From: Spirogloea muscicola
Taxonomy: Eukaryota
NCBI GenBank assembly: GCA_009602725.1
Contig: WELB01000011.1
Span: 349,691 to 408,604, forward strand
Length of the DNA stretch: 58,914 nucleotides
Reading direction: 5' to 3'
Position numbers and translations under genes: made by a program. Shown piece by piece: positions 10,972 through 24,100 of the stretch (positions within the stretch are counted from its first letter, which is position 1; each line of letters begins with the position of its first letter). The notes beneath the pieces are model-generated. The model saw nothing but the letters and a program-made list of their open reading frames with translations. It searched no databases and was not told the origin of the DNA.

Positions 10972-12507
10972 ATGGGCGTGGCGGACGACTTCCGGGCGGT
11001 TGTCACCACCTTCCGCGCCGAGTACCGCAAGACGCCCGTGAAGCTCAAGGTGGCTCTCGCGCGCCGCGCCGTTGGTGTGCCCGTCTTGGCATGGCCCGGC
11101 TCCGCTGCTTAACGGCGTTGCCGTTGCTGTCATCACCTCATTGGGAACACCTTGAGTCGTCGTCTCCGACGCGCAGCACGGCGCTCGTCTTAGCTGCAGG
11201 GCACACAATGGCGGGCGCCTCTTGCCACAGCCATGTGGAGGGCAGCGCCGAGCGTCGCTGGCTGCATTCTGACGGGGCCCCCTTACGCCCTGGCCAGGGG
11301 GACCCAAGTGCTGAACCCTAGCCTCCAACGGTGACTGCAGATGCTGGACCTGTTCCTCGCGTACGCCCTCTCCACGGCGCTGGTTCAGGTCAGCGCCGGC
11401 GTGGCCTCGAGAAGCCGGCATTGGGGCCTGCCTGTCCTGTGCTACGCCTTTGGCAGACTTGGGCTTATGGCATCTCGCCTGTAGGCTGTTCTTAACAGTA
11501 GCACCTGGAGCCGCTTGTACTCCGAAACGGCTTTAGGAGGCAGGTGTCCGTCAGATCGCTGCGAAAGCAAATCAATGCTGGCAAAATCGTGGGACCTGCA
11601 TGATTGTTGTTGTTTGCAGTTTGTGTACATGGCGCTGGTTGGCTCCTTCCCATTCAACTCGTTTTTGGCCGGCATCTTCTGCTGCATAGGCACCGGCGTT
11701 CTGGCAGGTAGCTACTGCATTCAAAGACCTATTTGCCTCAAATGCCTGTCATGCAGGAGCCCTAGCTTGTTCTTAGTACGCTGAGCATGCAAGTTGCCCT
11801 GTACGGTGGAAGCGGGGGCGGGGCTTGCCATAAGCTGGACTGCGATTTAGGGTCAGCTTTTGGTGCAGGCTTTTGGTTCTTCCCTCTCAACTTGCCGGCT
11901 TATACTTGTGGCATTCACATATCAAATTGATGGACAGAAGGGTATCAAGTTTCGTTTTGCATGACCACTCCAATGCTTCCTGGCAAGTTTCTAAAGAATC
12001 ATCCTGGACTGCGATGTGACTGGCCTCCTCTCCCCCTCTCCTGCCCTGTCTCTGGCAGTGTGCCTACGGATGCAGGTCAACAAGGAGAATAAGGAGTTCA
12101 AGGTACGCAAGTTGCTCCGCGTTTCTGCTGCAATTTAATTAGCGCAGGGTCTAGGATTTAGGGTTTAGGGTTTTACGATTTTTGCTATGCAACTCAGGAC
12201 AGGACCTGCCTTTCTTTTGGAATCAATATGCACATCTTCTGAATGCTTTATTGTCAAGCTGAGACTACTGACCAAGGGACCTCATTAAGCCCTCCTTGTA
12301 GGCAGGTGTAAAGCTCACGCATCAAGATGTCCTTGTCATCCTCATCACTAATTGGTCATATGCAAAAGAGGCATGAGTTTCGAGTTTTGCATGTATCAAT
12401 TCACCGCGTTCTTCGATGTGCAGGACTTGGCACCCGAGCAAGCCTTTGCCGACTATGTTCTGTGCAATTTGGTGCTCTTCTTTGTTGTTATCAATTTCAT
12501 TGGCTGA
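10972..12507 (+). CDS. DAD1: Defender against cell death 1 / oligosaccharyltransferase subunit OST2
   Basis: Exons 10972-11049, 11341-11388, 11620-11707, 12059-12102, 12424-12507 give MGVADDF..YRKTPVKLK MLDLFLAY.. FVYMALVGSFPFNSFLAG.. VCLRMQVNKENKEFK DLAPEQAFADYVLCNLVLFFVVINFIG*. Confidence 0.95.
12147..12174 (+). repeat. Short interstitial TTTAGGG (telo-box) run in DAD1 intron 4
   Basis: gggtctaggatttagggtttagggtttt. Confidence 0.7.
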
Positions 12508-12937
12508 GTCTGCCTTAAACATACGGGCTGCCTGCCCTACTCTTTCAGCAATTTTGACCTCAGCATTTCCATCTCGATCACGTGGTTCAGTGGTCGGACT
12601 TCATCAAGTGAATGTCCAAGCACAACAGGCCTGTCTTGCCAAAACAGGGAAGTTAGAACCTCTTGTAAGGCTTTTACATCGAAGTGCGGAAGTGCTGCTT
12701 GCATGTGAGCCTGCAAGGATGATAGGTTTGTGGTTGACAAGGTATTTCTGACACACAAGCACACCTTGACTATGTAACTGTAGCAAAAGCCTATAGCCAA
12801 TGATTGTGTGCCTGACCTACTCATCCTTCCAAGCTCGTATTAAGCGATTTATCATCAATACTGAAGCTGCTTGAGATGCGTGACTGGCTGCATCTGTGTG
12901 AGGTACTCAGAAAAGTCAGCCTCGAGCACTGGAAACT

Positions 12938-15900
12938 CTACTGTAACGCTAACATGCGCAACCGGATCCTCCACACAGCACCAAGCCGGCTGCATCCCTT
13001 CCTCCTGTCGTTTGACGTGCGCCTGACATATGACATAAGCAGAGTACTCTGACTAAGACAATTTGTGTATGCAAGCAGATAAAGACATCTGATGGAGAGA
13101 GGCGTTGACAACAGATGGCAAGCCATATACTAGAACGAGTTGGTAACAGAACATACAATTGCTGTTGTAGTCGTACATGAGGCACACAAGCAGAGACAGA
13201 CATGCACCCACCTGTCTTACTGAAAAGGCATGGAGCATTGCGCATGGTATAATAGGGGCTTCGCCTAGATGGATGCACACTGGCTGACTACAGGACCAGG
13301 CAGTACGCCCAGAGACGTCCCAGATGATACAGTCGATTATACACCCCCCTATGATAGCTCCAGAAAAAACCTCCGTCCGCCAGGGTAATTTGAGAGTGCC
13401 TTCCTTGACCTGCCGATCACCAAATAGCAGCAGCAGCATCGCAAAATTCAGACACAATGAGGATCTGGCTTGGGAGGCTGGTCGAAAGGAGGTGTATCAA
13501 CCTCAGTTGCTGTATGCTGTTGAATGTGACATGACACTAGCACCAGAAGGTTTGGGAAACATGGTACAGTTGAGTACGAGTGAGATGACACATGATCAGC
13601 TTGGGAGCAAATTGCAGCCTTCGTCTCAGACTGCACAGAGTCAGCTTGAGTGAAGAAGGCTGCTTCCTGTTGTGAGCAACAATCAATGTAACAAATGTGA
13701 GCAATTGTGAGCAGTCTAGAGAGCTAGGGAGTACCTGTGAGCATTTGGCCTTTGACTCCTGCAAGCATACACAATATTTCATGCATGTTAAAAATTGCCC
13801 CATCTTGCATCTCTAGCAAACTTCATGTCGTCCTAACGTCATTGGCAGAGAGACCTTTGTTTTTTAGATGAGGGCTTTCAGAGGGCCATGGCAGCTGTCA
13901 TGTCTAAAGCTTTATATAGTCTCTCAGATGAGGGCATGGCGCATTATCATGAACAGACAATGACAAGCAGTCCTGCAATATCACGAGCACACAGAAGAGT
14001 CAGGCCAGACATTTGGTCCTTTGGGCTTAATGACTGTAGTAAGAAGGCTCATCAGATCTCACCAACTTGTGAAGACCCTGCCACCAAATTTGGCTGAAAG
14101 TTCGGAGGTGTACGGTCTGAGTAGCAGCCAACTTCAGTCCTCAGCTTTGACGAGATGGCACAGTGGAGGAGCAGTCCTTTATGTTCAACTTTTAAGTCTT
14201 GCTTGTCTCACTTCCTGTGTCTCATGTAAGTACTGTTATTGACTGCCATCATATGCTGAGGCCTAACTTCAGAGATGCCAACTGTACTGAGGTAAATATG
14301 GACAGAGAATAGCAGGTGTGAGAACATACGATTAAGCAGGATCGGATGGAAGCATTGGGGCAAGGAGCCAGCCTCCTCCTTACGCTGGACCCCGCCTTTA
14401 AAACTTGTAAAATGTGCTCCAAATTGAGGTTGACCACTAGCAGAACAATCTGGAAGATATAAGATCTTGACTTTATCAGTATATTATCCGTTATTGTTAT
14501 TGCATTCTCATTATTTTGTTATCAATGAATGCATTGTTGTGCCAAGGATTCTATATTGAGATCATAAAAAGAGACTAACAATGTAGCTGCAGCAACTGTG
14601 AAGAAGCACTTGACCATGCAGGCTCATGCCACTTGAATCCAGCTTAGCAGGGACCTCTATTCATCTTTGCAGTGTCCAGCCTGTCACCTGCTCACTCGAT
14701 GTTTTGCTGGCATCCTTCTCCGGCAGAGTGCCTAACACAATGCTGCCCCGCAGTGCTCCTGTTTGCCCCATCTTCTGATACGTTGACGGGGCCCACAAGT
14801 CATCCTCCATGCTGTTGTCTGCCAAATTGCGGCCTTCACAAAAAGATGCGCACTCCGCTTCTCTTGCTCCGGTCATGCAGGGGCTTGAGGTATCGATGCC
14901 AATGGTTCCACAGGAGTATTCCCATAAGCTTGCGAAGCTGAAAATTAGAGGGGCCTTGCCAGGAGCGTCTGGCCAACTTGGCTGCAAGCCTTGAGCGATC
15001 GATTCCCCATTGACCTTCATAAGGACCTCTGTCGCCATCAGCACCGGGCTGACGACTACAACTTCAAGAGACGCAAGACCTCTCAATGTTAAGTTGGCGC
15101 TGAGCCTGGCCGGAGGAAGGCGGAGCGACACAGACGTCGGGAAGATGGTCACGGCAGAGGCTGGAAGGGGTGCTCTTGCGTGTGACTGCCGGGGTGAGGA
15201 CAAGGGCTGCTTCCACTTATGCAAGCACACCTCAAAGCGCAGGCCCAGCTTGCGAGCATTGTTGGCAGTGGCCTGCGCATTGAAGAGGGGCCCCCTGTTG
15301 CCTGTCGAGGGCAACACCAGACCTAGGTCATCAATGCAGAACCGCATTATATATACTGACGAGAAGAGGCAAGGTTAGTGGGACCAGAGTCAAGTACTAT
15401 ATGCAACATGCATAACAATTTACGACTGTATCAAGAAAGGCCTGTACTGAGATATTGCTCGTGCTTTCAACTGGCAATTGACATGCACGCTGTAGTGCGC
15501 GGGCCCCAAAGCTCACCAAAAGCTGCAAGTGTGACAGACTGCTCCAGCTGGGCCAGCCGAGCCTCCTGCATCCTGCCGCGGCCCTGCTGGTACCTTGTGA
15601 TGAACGCGGCTCTGCTGCTCCCGCTCTCCAAGGCTGGCGGCGCGAGGTGCGCCCAGCAGGCCAAGCCCATAGGTAAGGAGATACGGCAGGCTCGGGAGAT
15701 CACAGACCTCACATCTCCAGTGGGCAGCCGAGCACTGGAGATGCAGCGTCTGAGCTCGAATTACCTCAACCATGGGGCCTGAGCTAGGCGACGCAGTGCT
15801 TGCCTGTGCCCGGCCACCACTTGTGCAGCACGACGCCCCAAGTGGCGTCGTCCCGCAGCACGTCGCGCCACGCGCGGCAGACGCCGGCGGCGGCCGCCAG

Positions 15901-16161
15901 ATCGTACGCCGACTGGAGGCGGACCAAGCAGAGCTGCACCACGACGGGGTGCTGCGTGCACGGCAGGCCGTCCGGCTCTGGCGACGGCGCTTTGGCGATG
16001 CCCTCCGAAGGAACACCAATTGGGCGCTGCGGAAGCCGAGGTCCCCGTCGCGAGCCGCCACTGAGCTCTGCGCCTGCCCGCGGCGGCGGCGACGGCGGCG
16101 GCGGCTCCTCGGCGGCGCGCGAGGGACGCCCCGCCGGGGGCCGCCTCGAGCGCGCGGCCAT
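12938..16161 (-). CDS. F-box-like protein of unknown function; downstream exons tentative
   Basis: First exon from ATG 16161 contains VVVQLCLVRLQSAYDLAAAAGVCRAWRDVLRDDATW (F-box-like VC+xW+ pattern). Long open exon ~15347-14690; candidate exons ~14450-14385, ~13410-13275 and a terminal exon ending at 12938. The 3' boundary is uncertain. Confidence 0.55.
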
Positions 16162-16364
16162 TGTAGCGGCGTCACCGCTGGACGCCCACGAGCAGCAGAC
16201 GGTCGTCGGGAGCGGGCAGGCCTTCTGGCGGAGGCACGCCGGGGCGATGGCGGCAGCCGTCGGGCGCGCCTCGCCTGCAGGCCACGCAGCTGCGGACTTC
16301 GTGCTCAGAAGGTAAGTGCGCAGCTGCTGGTGTTACAGGAGCTGCTGTAAAAGCCTGGCAGGTG

Positions 16365-16612
16365 CTTTCCGTGGTTGTTGTTTGGCTCCTCAGTATAGCT
16401 TGTCAGATATGCATGTGCTCACTCGGGGTTATCAGTGTGTCCCCCTTAGCCAGCTCATTACCCGGTTAACAGGACATTTGTAAGGCTAGAATTCGCCTCC
16501 CTTTCAATCTCATGCGCACCGCGCGCCTTTTCCAGAGGTGGGGAAGGCGCGCGGTGCTCATGGATTGTACGGGTGGCCAATACAAGCAAAGTGTTCAGAA
16601 ACTAGTGCACAA
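16365..16612. mobile_element. Tail-to-tail pair of 3' retro-fragments (subfamily C + 16365-16532; terminal-motif fragment - 16543-16612)
   Basis: 16365-16532 is near-identical to 3843-4010; 16543 begins the reverse-complemented terminal motif gaaggcgcgcggtgctcatg. Confidence 0.8.
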
Positions 16613-17483
16613 AGGTGGGGCTATATGAAACGAAGGCCAACCTATGCTAAGGTGGCTGACATCACAGTGTGACTTCAGTACCCACGGGTGAGCACATCCC
16701 AGATATGCACCAATCCAATGCTGCCGCACTGCCATGTCACTGGATTGTGAAAGTCGAACACCGGTGAAGTCTGATTTGGGGTTTGCTGAGAATGAGAGTC
16801 TATGCACTTTTGTAATAATAGCAAGAATACAAAGCAAGACGTATGAAGGTACTGGCATGCCTGCCTAGGTCCAGACATATGAACTAGCAACATATGCCTT
16901 CATGCCATTCCTTGACGAGTCTGGTGAAGTAGACAGCAAAGTCTACTCTTTACAGAGGCTGCCCTCTCTTTGGGTTGGCTGATGGCAGCTACATGTGTTG
17001 TTTCTTGTCATTCCTTGACATGCTTGCCCTCTGCACGAAGAAGGCCTCTCGCCTAAATGCTTAACAGGTACTCTCTCTGAATGGTTATCATGTTGTGCAA
17101 TTGGTGCACCACGAGAAAGCCTCGAGCATTGGGCTTCTAGAAGTCACCCAGATGCCAAGAGCTCCAATATTGCACAAATGGGTGTCCAAACAGACAGAGA
17201 CGCCATACACAACCCCTCAATTCCTAATTAGGTGACTAGCTACGGACTCTACAAGATGGAGTTGCAAGGTGCTGCCTAATGGGCACTGCAGAAGGGTCCT
17301 CTGCGGACTTGCCCTAAGCTGCGAAACTTGGCACTGCTGGTTACCACTGCAAGCTCCAACTTTGAGTCATTGAGCAATGTGAGGGTGTTTCAAAGAATCT
17401 AAGTGAGGGCACACCAGCAAACATACTGGTGTGGAACGAGCAAGTGACAGAGCCTCCGTCTCTGGCTCGTCCTGGATCCAATG

Positions 17484-18921
17484 TCAAACCTCGTCCTCAT
17501 TCAGCAGCATATTAGGAATGCCTTTGCTGACTGGAAATCTTCGTCCAGTCTCTGGGCATATTAAGGCGCCTTCTTCTAAGTGCACCTAAGAACAAATTGT
17601 CACTGTATGTGAAAAGAGAACCTTCTGTGACAAGTTCACACACTACAGATGTGACTGAAGATGACTTTGACCAGCAAAAGGCGTAGACAGCGTGGCATGC
17701 ACTGTGTAGTCTTTCAACTCAAAGTAGGCACATGCCTAGCTAGAGTATATGACAGTCCCTCCTGACAGTGAATAATGCCTTCTTGAATTAGAGGACATAG
17801 ATTGGCATTTCAGTCAGCAGTGTGGCCACGTGACACTGCTCACCTCCAGCAGCGCGTGGTGGAAAGTGCGCAGGAATGTCTCGTCCTCTAGCATGGCCGG
17901 CTCCACCTGCTCCGGGAGCCCCTCCAGCCCGAGCTACACAGGAGCAGCACACGAGAAATATTTCAGGTAGAGAGGCCGCTCAGGGGGTAGCAAGCACGCG
18001 GACCTGTGCGTGGATGTTGTACCAAGTGAGGCGTGAGCTGATGGTTGGTCTGCAGATTAGCACCCGCCATTCCAAACGACCCAAGCTCAGAAGAAGAGAG
18101 GGCCTGGGCCTCGGCCCTTGTGCGCTTGCTACCCTCTGCAACTGAGGTAGCGGCGACCGAGAGAAGGGAGGGGGAAAGGGGGGGTTTAGTGAAAAGGCAG
18201 CGCTTGACTAGCTCTGTTGGGGGACTTGATGAGCGCCGCTGGCATCTCAAGGCACCTCTAGATCTAGGTGGTCTCCCGCATAAAACCGGCCACTGCAGAT
18301 AAGCAAGCTCTGAAGAGAGGAGAGCGTGAGCCTTGGCCCTTGTGCTTTTCCTGCTTTCTGCACTTTGAAGTAATGGCGACAGGAGGGAGAGGGGGGGACT
18401 GAGCACGAGCTATGTCGAGGGACATGATGAGCGCCCGCTGGCATAGTCCATGGCAGGCGACTTGTGCTGCTCGCAAGTCTAAGCGGCCCCATCAATACTT
18501 AAACCCCTATGAGGTACCACCTGGGCTTCGCATAACCCAGGCAGCCAGACGCACGAGACGCTGCTGCATAGCCAGCGCAGTAGCAAAAGGCCACACAGAT
18601 GCTCGATCACCGAGGTCCAGAGAGGTCCAGATCCTCCAGCTCGTCTACAGTGAGAGCTCGCAGAGGAGGCTTGTCCCAGCAGCTCGCCAAGCAGGCGGCA
18701 CCGTCTGGAGGCAGCGGAGCTGGGCGAGGGCCAGGGAGGCTCACCGAGACGGCGGCGTCGTGGAAGGCCTTCCAGTCCAGCTTGGGGTACATGTGGCGCA
18801 GGAAGGCGGGGTTGAAGTCGGCGTCGCGCGCCTCCAGCCGCGCCGCCTCGATGCGCAGCGGGAAGCCCTTGGTCACGCCGCGCGCGTTGCACGTCAGCAT
18901 GTTGTGCGTCAGGAGCCTCAT
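17484..18921 (-). CDS. TRM112: Multifunctional methyltransferase subunit TRM112
   Basis: Exons 18921-18745, 17933-17844, 17585-17484: [29 protein letters not shown] / FHHALLE / [33 protein letters not shown]. Confidence 0.96.
18050..18445. repeat. Diverged direct duplication (~150-200 bp units) in TRM112 intron 1
   Basis: Shared blocks ctgcagat(t/a)agca, aagctc(a/t)gaag, ggcccttgtgc, ggcgac and tgatgagcgcc(c)gctggcat at ~18050-18246 and ~18293-18445. Confidence 0.7.
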
Positions 18922-19379
18922 CTCGCTCCAGCGGCCGCCGCCGCCGCCGTCGGGCGGCGGCGGCTGTCGGGCACCGGCGCGCCTCCCGCTTGGGGAATGC
19001 TTGCTTCTGCCACAGTTGCTCCATTACAAGAGCGTTCTTTCATATCAGTTACAAGAAGTTCTCGCCCACAGAGAAGAGGCAAGCTCGCCAGACATTGGAG
19101 AAAAGCCAGACAAGATGAGACGTAAGGCAGTATGATACGTAAGCACGTCACAAATAAGGTCTTCCTAAGGGGCGAGAGCAGTGAGCTCTTCCAGAGGAGA
19201 CGACTTGCTGCTTCCCCTTCTGCCACATTTGGCCTTCATTTGTTTCAAATGCACGAAATCTTCTGCCACAGTTGCTCGGTTGAATCTTCTGCCACAGTTG
19301 CTCGGTTGCATGCTCGCCAGTCACTGAGAAAGCCAGAAAGTAATACAATGTGAGCCGTAAGCGCTGTGACATGTAAGCT

Positions 19380-19470
19380 CTTCCAAGGGGCGAGGGCTGG
19401 GAGAGGCCAGCTCAAGTCAGACAGAAGGCGCGCTGTGCGCATGGAACAAAAGAGGCCAAGCCAAGCCACT
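19380..19470 (-). mobile_element. 3' retro-fragments upstream of TRM112
   Basis: ttccaaggggcgagggctgggagaggccagc and agaaggcgcgctgtgcgcatgg are reverse complements of the shared UTR and terminal motifs. Confidence 0.65.
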
Positions 19471-21137
19471 ACGCTGTTGTGGTAAGAAGAAAGGAACATT
19501 CAAGATTGGCCAAGGTATTAGAACAAAGAAAGGAACAACAAATGACACGAGTGAGCACATACATATCCGACCAAAAAATTCATGGAGCCGGAGCACCCAA
19601 CACAGCTCCATGGTGGGCTCGCCATCAGCATGATGCTAGTGGTCGCACTTCGAGAAACAATTATTCAATGCAAGGTAATTGCTGTGAGAGGCCAGCCCAA
19701 AGCAACGAAGAAGGGCTGGCACGGCCCGATGGTGCAAAAAGAACGAAGCCTACTCTCGGTGACTTCTGCAAATGGACGCTCAATAAGCTTCAATCAGCGA
19801 GTGCACGTTGGCATAAGTAGAGGGCGGACAAGCGTCGCCCCGTTGGAACCAGGAGGCAGCAGCCAAGATGCGGCCTGCCCGCAAGTGCACGGCACAAGCC
19901 AAAGACTGCTGCAGGAAAATGGCAAGGCGCATCCTGCAACCCAACGGTATTGGACACAGCTTTATGGGTGGCGCGCCAGCGACATGAGGTCAGTGGCAGC
20001 ATATTGGACACTGCTACGTACTCGGTAATGAAGATTTACTGCGATTGGTCGGTGGCCAAAACCGTGGCAACGGATGGGGACTTTATAACCACCAAAGGGA
20101 GCTCTTTTACTAAGAGGAAGTTTCTGTGAAAGCCCAGCGCATAGTGAGGGACAAGGTCCAAAGTGCCGCGGAACCCCGCCCACACAGCAAGCGACTACTA
20201 CGGATGGCCAACCAACTAATTGTCCTGACTAGTCAAAGAAGTAAGTCGAGATTACCAGCAGCCGGGAGAGGGAGAAGAGAGCCTCAAAGACGTTGCGGCC
20301 CGCCATTAGCAGAAACGATGGACCAAGTCAGTTAGGGCCCATGCTCGTATTACTGACTCGCCAGCTCGCAGGTCCTCCGCTCTTTCTTCTCTCCCCTGCA
20401 CTTGAGGTCTAAGCACCTGAGATCACTTGAGCTCAGTGGATTTTAAGTTCGCAATCGACGTTCCTGCTCTGCTAAGCGCCAACTCAGCCCATGCTTTCGA
20501 GGCTGGCCTCTTTTAATTACCCCTTGGGAAAAGCGCCATGCTCTTATTGCTCCAGTCTCCTCTGCTGGCACATTCCTGCTCACATACGACCTTTTGGACT
20601 GGCTGCTCACAGCAATCGCCCCTATTAGTGTTCGCTGTTGTTCATATCCATTTGTAAACTACGATCCAAGCTTTCAGGCTGGCTCTCCATAGCATTGCTT
20701 GCAGCAATGTTACACTCGTGCCTCATTGTCTGGTCGCCAATGCTCAGTGAGCTACGTCAGGCTTGTCACCCTACCCCATTGACTTCACATTCCTGGGCTG
20801 CCCGCTCACTACACAATGAACGAGCCTCGCATGCCCCATTGTGGAGCCTGTCTTCTCCTCTGTGTATGCGGGTGTGCAGGAAAGGAAGGTTGTCACACCT
20901 GGGACATTGTATGCTTCCTTACTTCGAGATCTCGCAGTAGGAGCCCAAAGAGCCCACAGGGCAGCATCCAACCGGCACCATATAGCACAACTGCAACAAT
21001 CCCTTAGCGGTATTCAGAATTACATGGCACTGGTCCTCAACACAATCTGTGCATGGGGAGAATCAGAGTAGAAGATGATTTTACAAAAAAATGGCAGGTT
21101 GATGAGACGCTCAAGTCCCACCCCTGCAATAATACCA

Positions 21138-24100
21138 TCACGTTGAGGTCGTAACTACTGAATCTGGCTTTGGCTGCTTGCCAAGACGGCGGATCTTGAG
21201 GCTGGCGTCATAGCAGATGCAACCTGGGTAAGGGTTCGCGAAGAAGCTCTCTTCTAGCTTCGGTTTGCTGCCTGCAAGTCGGTGCCGCGGTGCGCCGTCC
21301 CGCTTCTTGTGCAGTTTATGAACATGGCGGCGGAAGTGTTCCCAGGTCACTATGCCCGCCTCCATCTCATCAACCAACTTTACCAGCCCCTGCCTGCATG
21401 AACGACCAAGTAAGCATCACAAGAGTCATGATCATATTGAGGGTGATTCAGGGAAGTGTTCCAAAGACCTCACTTATACACAGTACCCACCTGTCAGGAA
21501 TTATTGTCTTGCGGTGGCCCTCAAAACGTCGGTGGCCCTGCACAGCCTTGGCCATGTTGCCCTCGTATGTGTAGACAAAAACATCACTCTCTAGCGCCAC
21601 ACTGTAATCCACTGCAGCCATGCGGTTCTGGTAAGGGCGCAATGGAGCCAGCTCGGCCTCTGTAGCCAGTGTCTCGTGTGTGAACGTGTTGGGAAACCTC
21701 GACTGAAAGGCCTGCAGGAGGAAAGAAGAAGGAGTAGGAAACATGGGAACTTAACTCACAACAATGTAGATTCTGGTCAGGTGAAGGGGGAGGGTGAAGC
21801 AACACGCACAACCAACACAAGCGACTCAGTCAGTATCTGGCCATGAGGTTGGCCAACAGAAACATTGGTTGGATGAAGGCAGCAGTCACGGGGCTTGCCT
21901 CCAGGCTACCGTGTCCAAAGATCTCCCCGGCTGCTATGTACACTGTGGTGGTGTTGGGGAACCCCAGCGCCTCCAGGAGCTTGGCAGTCTCGTATGGCGT
22001 CAGCGGGCACTCACCAGCAGCGCGCTTCGCCTTCGCGTCAATGTCTTTCTCCTTCCACCTGCCACTCAGTTGGTGGCAAGAGGAAAGTTCATAAGCATCA
22101 TGTCTTATAGCATGGTTTCAGTTGCCCAGCTAAGCATTTCTGATGGAATTAAAGAGGCGCGTGGTGCGCATGACATGAAAGGGAGGCCACATCAAGCCAA
22201 TACACTGTGCAAGCAAAAGCTAGTGCAAAAGAGAGTGCATAAGCTAGTAATGGTAGAAGGCTTCCCAGCAAGAGTGACATATTCACACCTATCATTCTCG
22301 ACCCTCATCACTCTCAGTTCCTCCGCTTCCCGATCTGAAAGACCATGGGTGCAGCCAGTGAAGGCCAGCATATCCTTCTCGTATCTGGTAGTTCAGTGCT
22401 CACGATATCAGTCAGCACTTGAAAGAGGGATGAAGGCTGCCAGGATGCCACACAGTAGTCATAGATGACAATGTTGCTGCAATGAGTAGGCACAATCGAG
22501 CTGACCGGAGGTGGAGTGCAATGTAAGGCCCGTGCTGTTTGAGTCGTTGGACGAGTGCGTCAGCAACTGCCTCAATCTCCGCCGTGTACTTTAGCGCCCG
22601 GTAGTTGGCGCGGCAGCGGAGCTTCTGGATCTGGTCGGGCAGGTGATTGTTGGCCAGGCGCCCATCAGTGAGTTGGAAGTGGATGACTTGGTGCTGCTTC
22701 ATGAGCTTCAGCATTTCGCCCTTGTAGTAGGAACCCTGGTCACAACACCAGGTTGAGAGAGGTTGATATCATAAACAGGCACCCGCGATCCTAGAAATTT
22801 CTTAACAGTGAACAATCTGCTACAGGTCATATCCTACAGACTTAAACACATATTCATGTCCAATAAGCATGTATGTGAGCCCACATTGCCTGTTGCTGTT
22901 GCTATGACACTTGGCACATAGTGTCACTGCATCTGGGCGGAGGTATCACCTTGGACCAAGACACGGGCTGCTTCTCGACTGGCTTGACATCCAGCTCGGG
23001 CGGCAGCGCGCTGACAACCGTGACGTCATCCTTCAGGACCTCCATAAAGTGGTCGACGTCAAAGATGTCCTCGAACACACTGCAAGCATGTTTTGCACAG
23101 CATGATGCATTAAAGGGGGGCTGCACACCAAGTGTAAGCTCAAGCAAAGCGCGAGGGAGGAAGCGGTGCATCTAAGAATGAACAAAACCATTATGCTTGC
23201 CTTGGGTCACTCCAGAAGGATGTGTGGTCAAGAAGCGGCAGCACCAGCGTTGCATTCATGAGGCGGGCCACAGCGACCATGTCACAGATCTGCGAGCATG
23301 CTCCAGCCAATAAGTCATTGTCCTGATCCCAGTGCATTGCAACTCTTCAGTGTCTGCTCATGCAATCAGTCAGCATGTGAGCTACACACTGTGGGGTGTA
23401 AGAGAGATTCACGGCAGCACGCATTTGGTTGAGGCCACCGTTGGCTGTGACTATCAAATATCCACTGGTTGTATCAAGATTGGGCCCTGAAACCACAGCA
23501 AAGCACAAGGCAGATGGCTCAGGTCTTAACTGGTTAATATCAACCATCAACCAAATCTGAGTAGGGGGCTCTGCTGGTAGCTAATTGCAGCAAAGCAGAA
23601 GCTGACAACCCACTTCTACAGTTTAGCAGGCCATTGAAAGTGGAGCCAAGACAGCTATGCTTGGCAGCATGACAAGAGCACAAATCAACTAAATACCTGA
23701 ATTTTGCAAGCACTCGACACTGACTTCACTCAGATGGTCGTGTGCGCCCAAGCATGACAGACACAGGACCACCTTCACTCATGGATGACCGTGTCCTGCT
23801 TCTCAGTGGTACTGTGATGGATGGTGGAGTCTACCATACATGACCAAAGGCCCCAGCTGGCAGCAGCTCACCTGCGGAGCCCTTTGCCAGCTCGATGCAC
23901 TGACGGTAGCTCGCCGCTTTGGGCGACTTGGCCCACAGCGTGGCCTCCACAGCAGACTGCTACCAGGAGCGGGGACACAGTGAGACTTTTGTCAGCATTC
24001 TGGCCTGCAACCGGTAAGTCATCAATGTACTGCAAAGCGGCAACGTATTGCTTCACTCAGGACTTCAGCTGGCCAGGATTGTGACAAGAAGACACAGAAA

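Noticed and set aside
18305..18435. U3-like box B (GAGCGTGA) and box C (ATGATGA) on the plus strand
   Set aside because: They are antisense to the host gene, no box A/A' or terminal D arrangement is present, and box B is not kept in the other duplicate.
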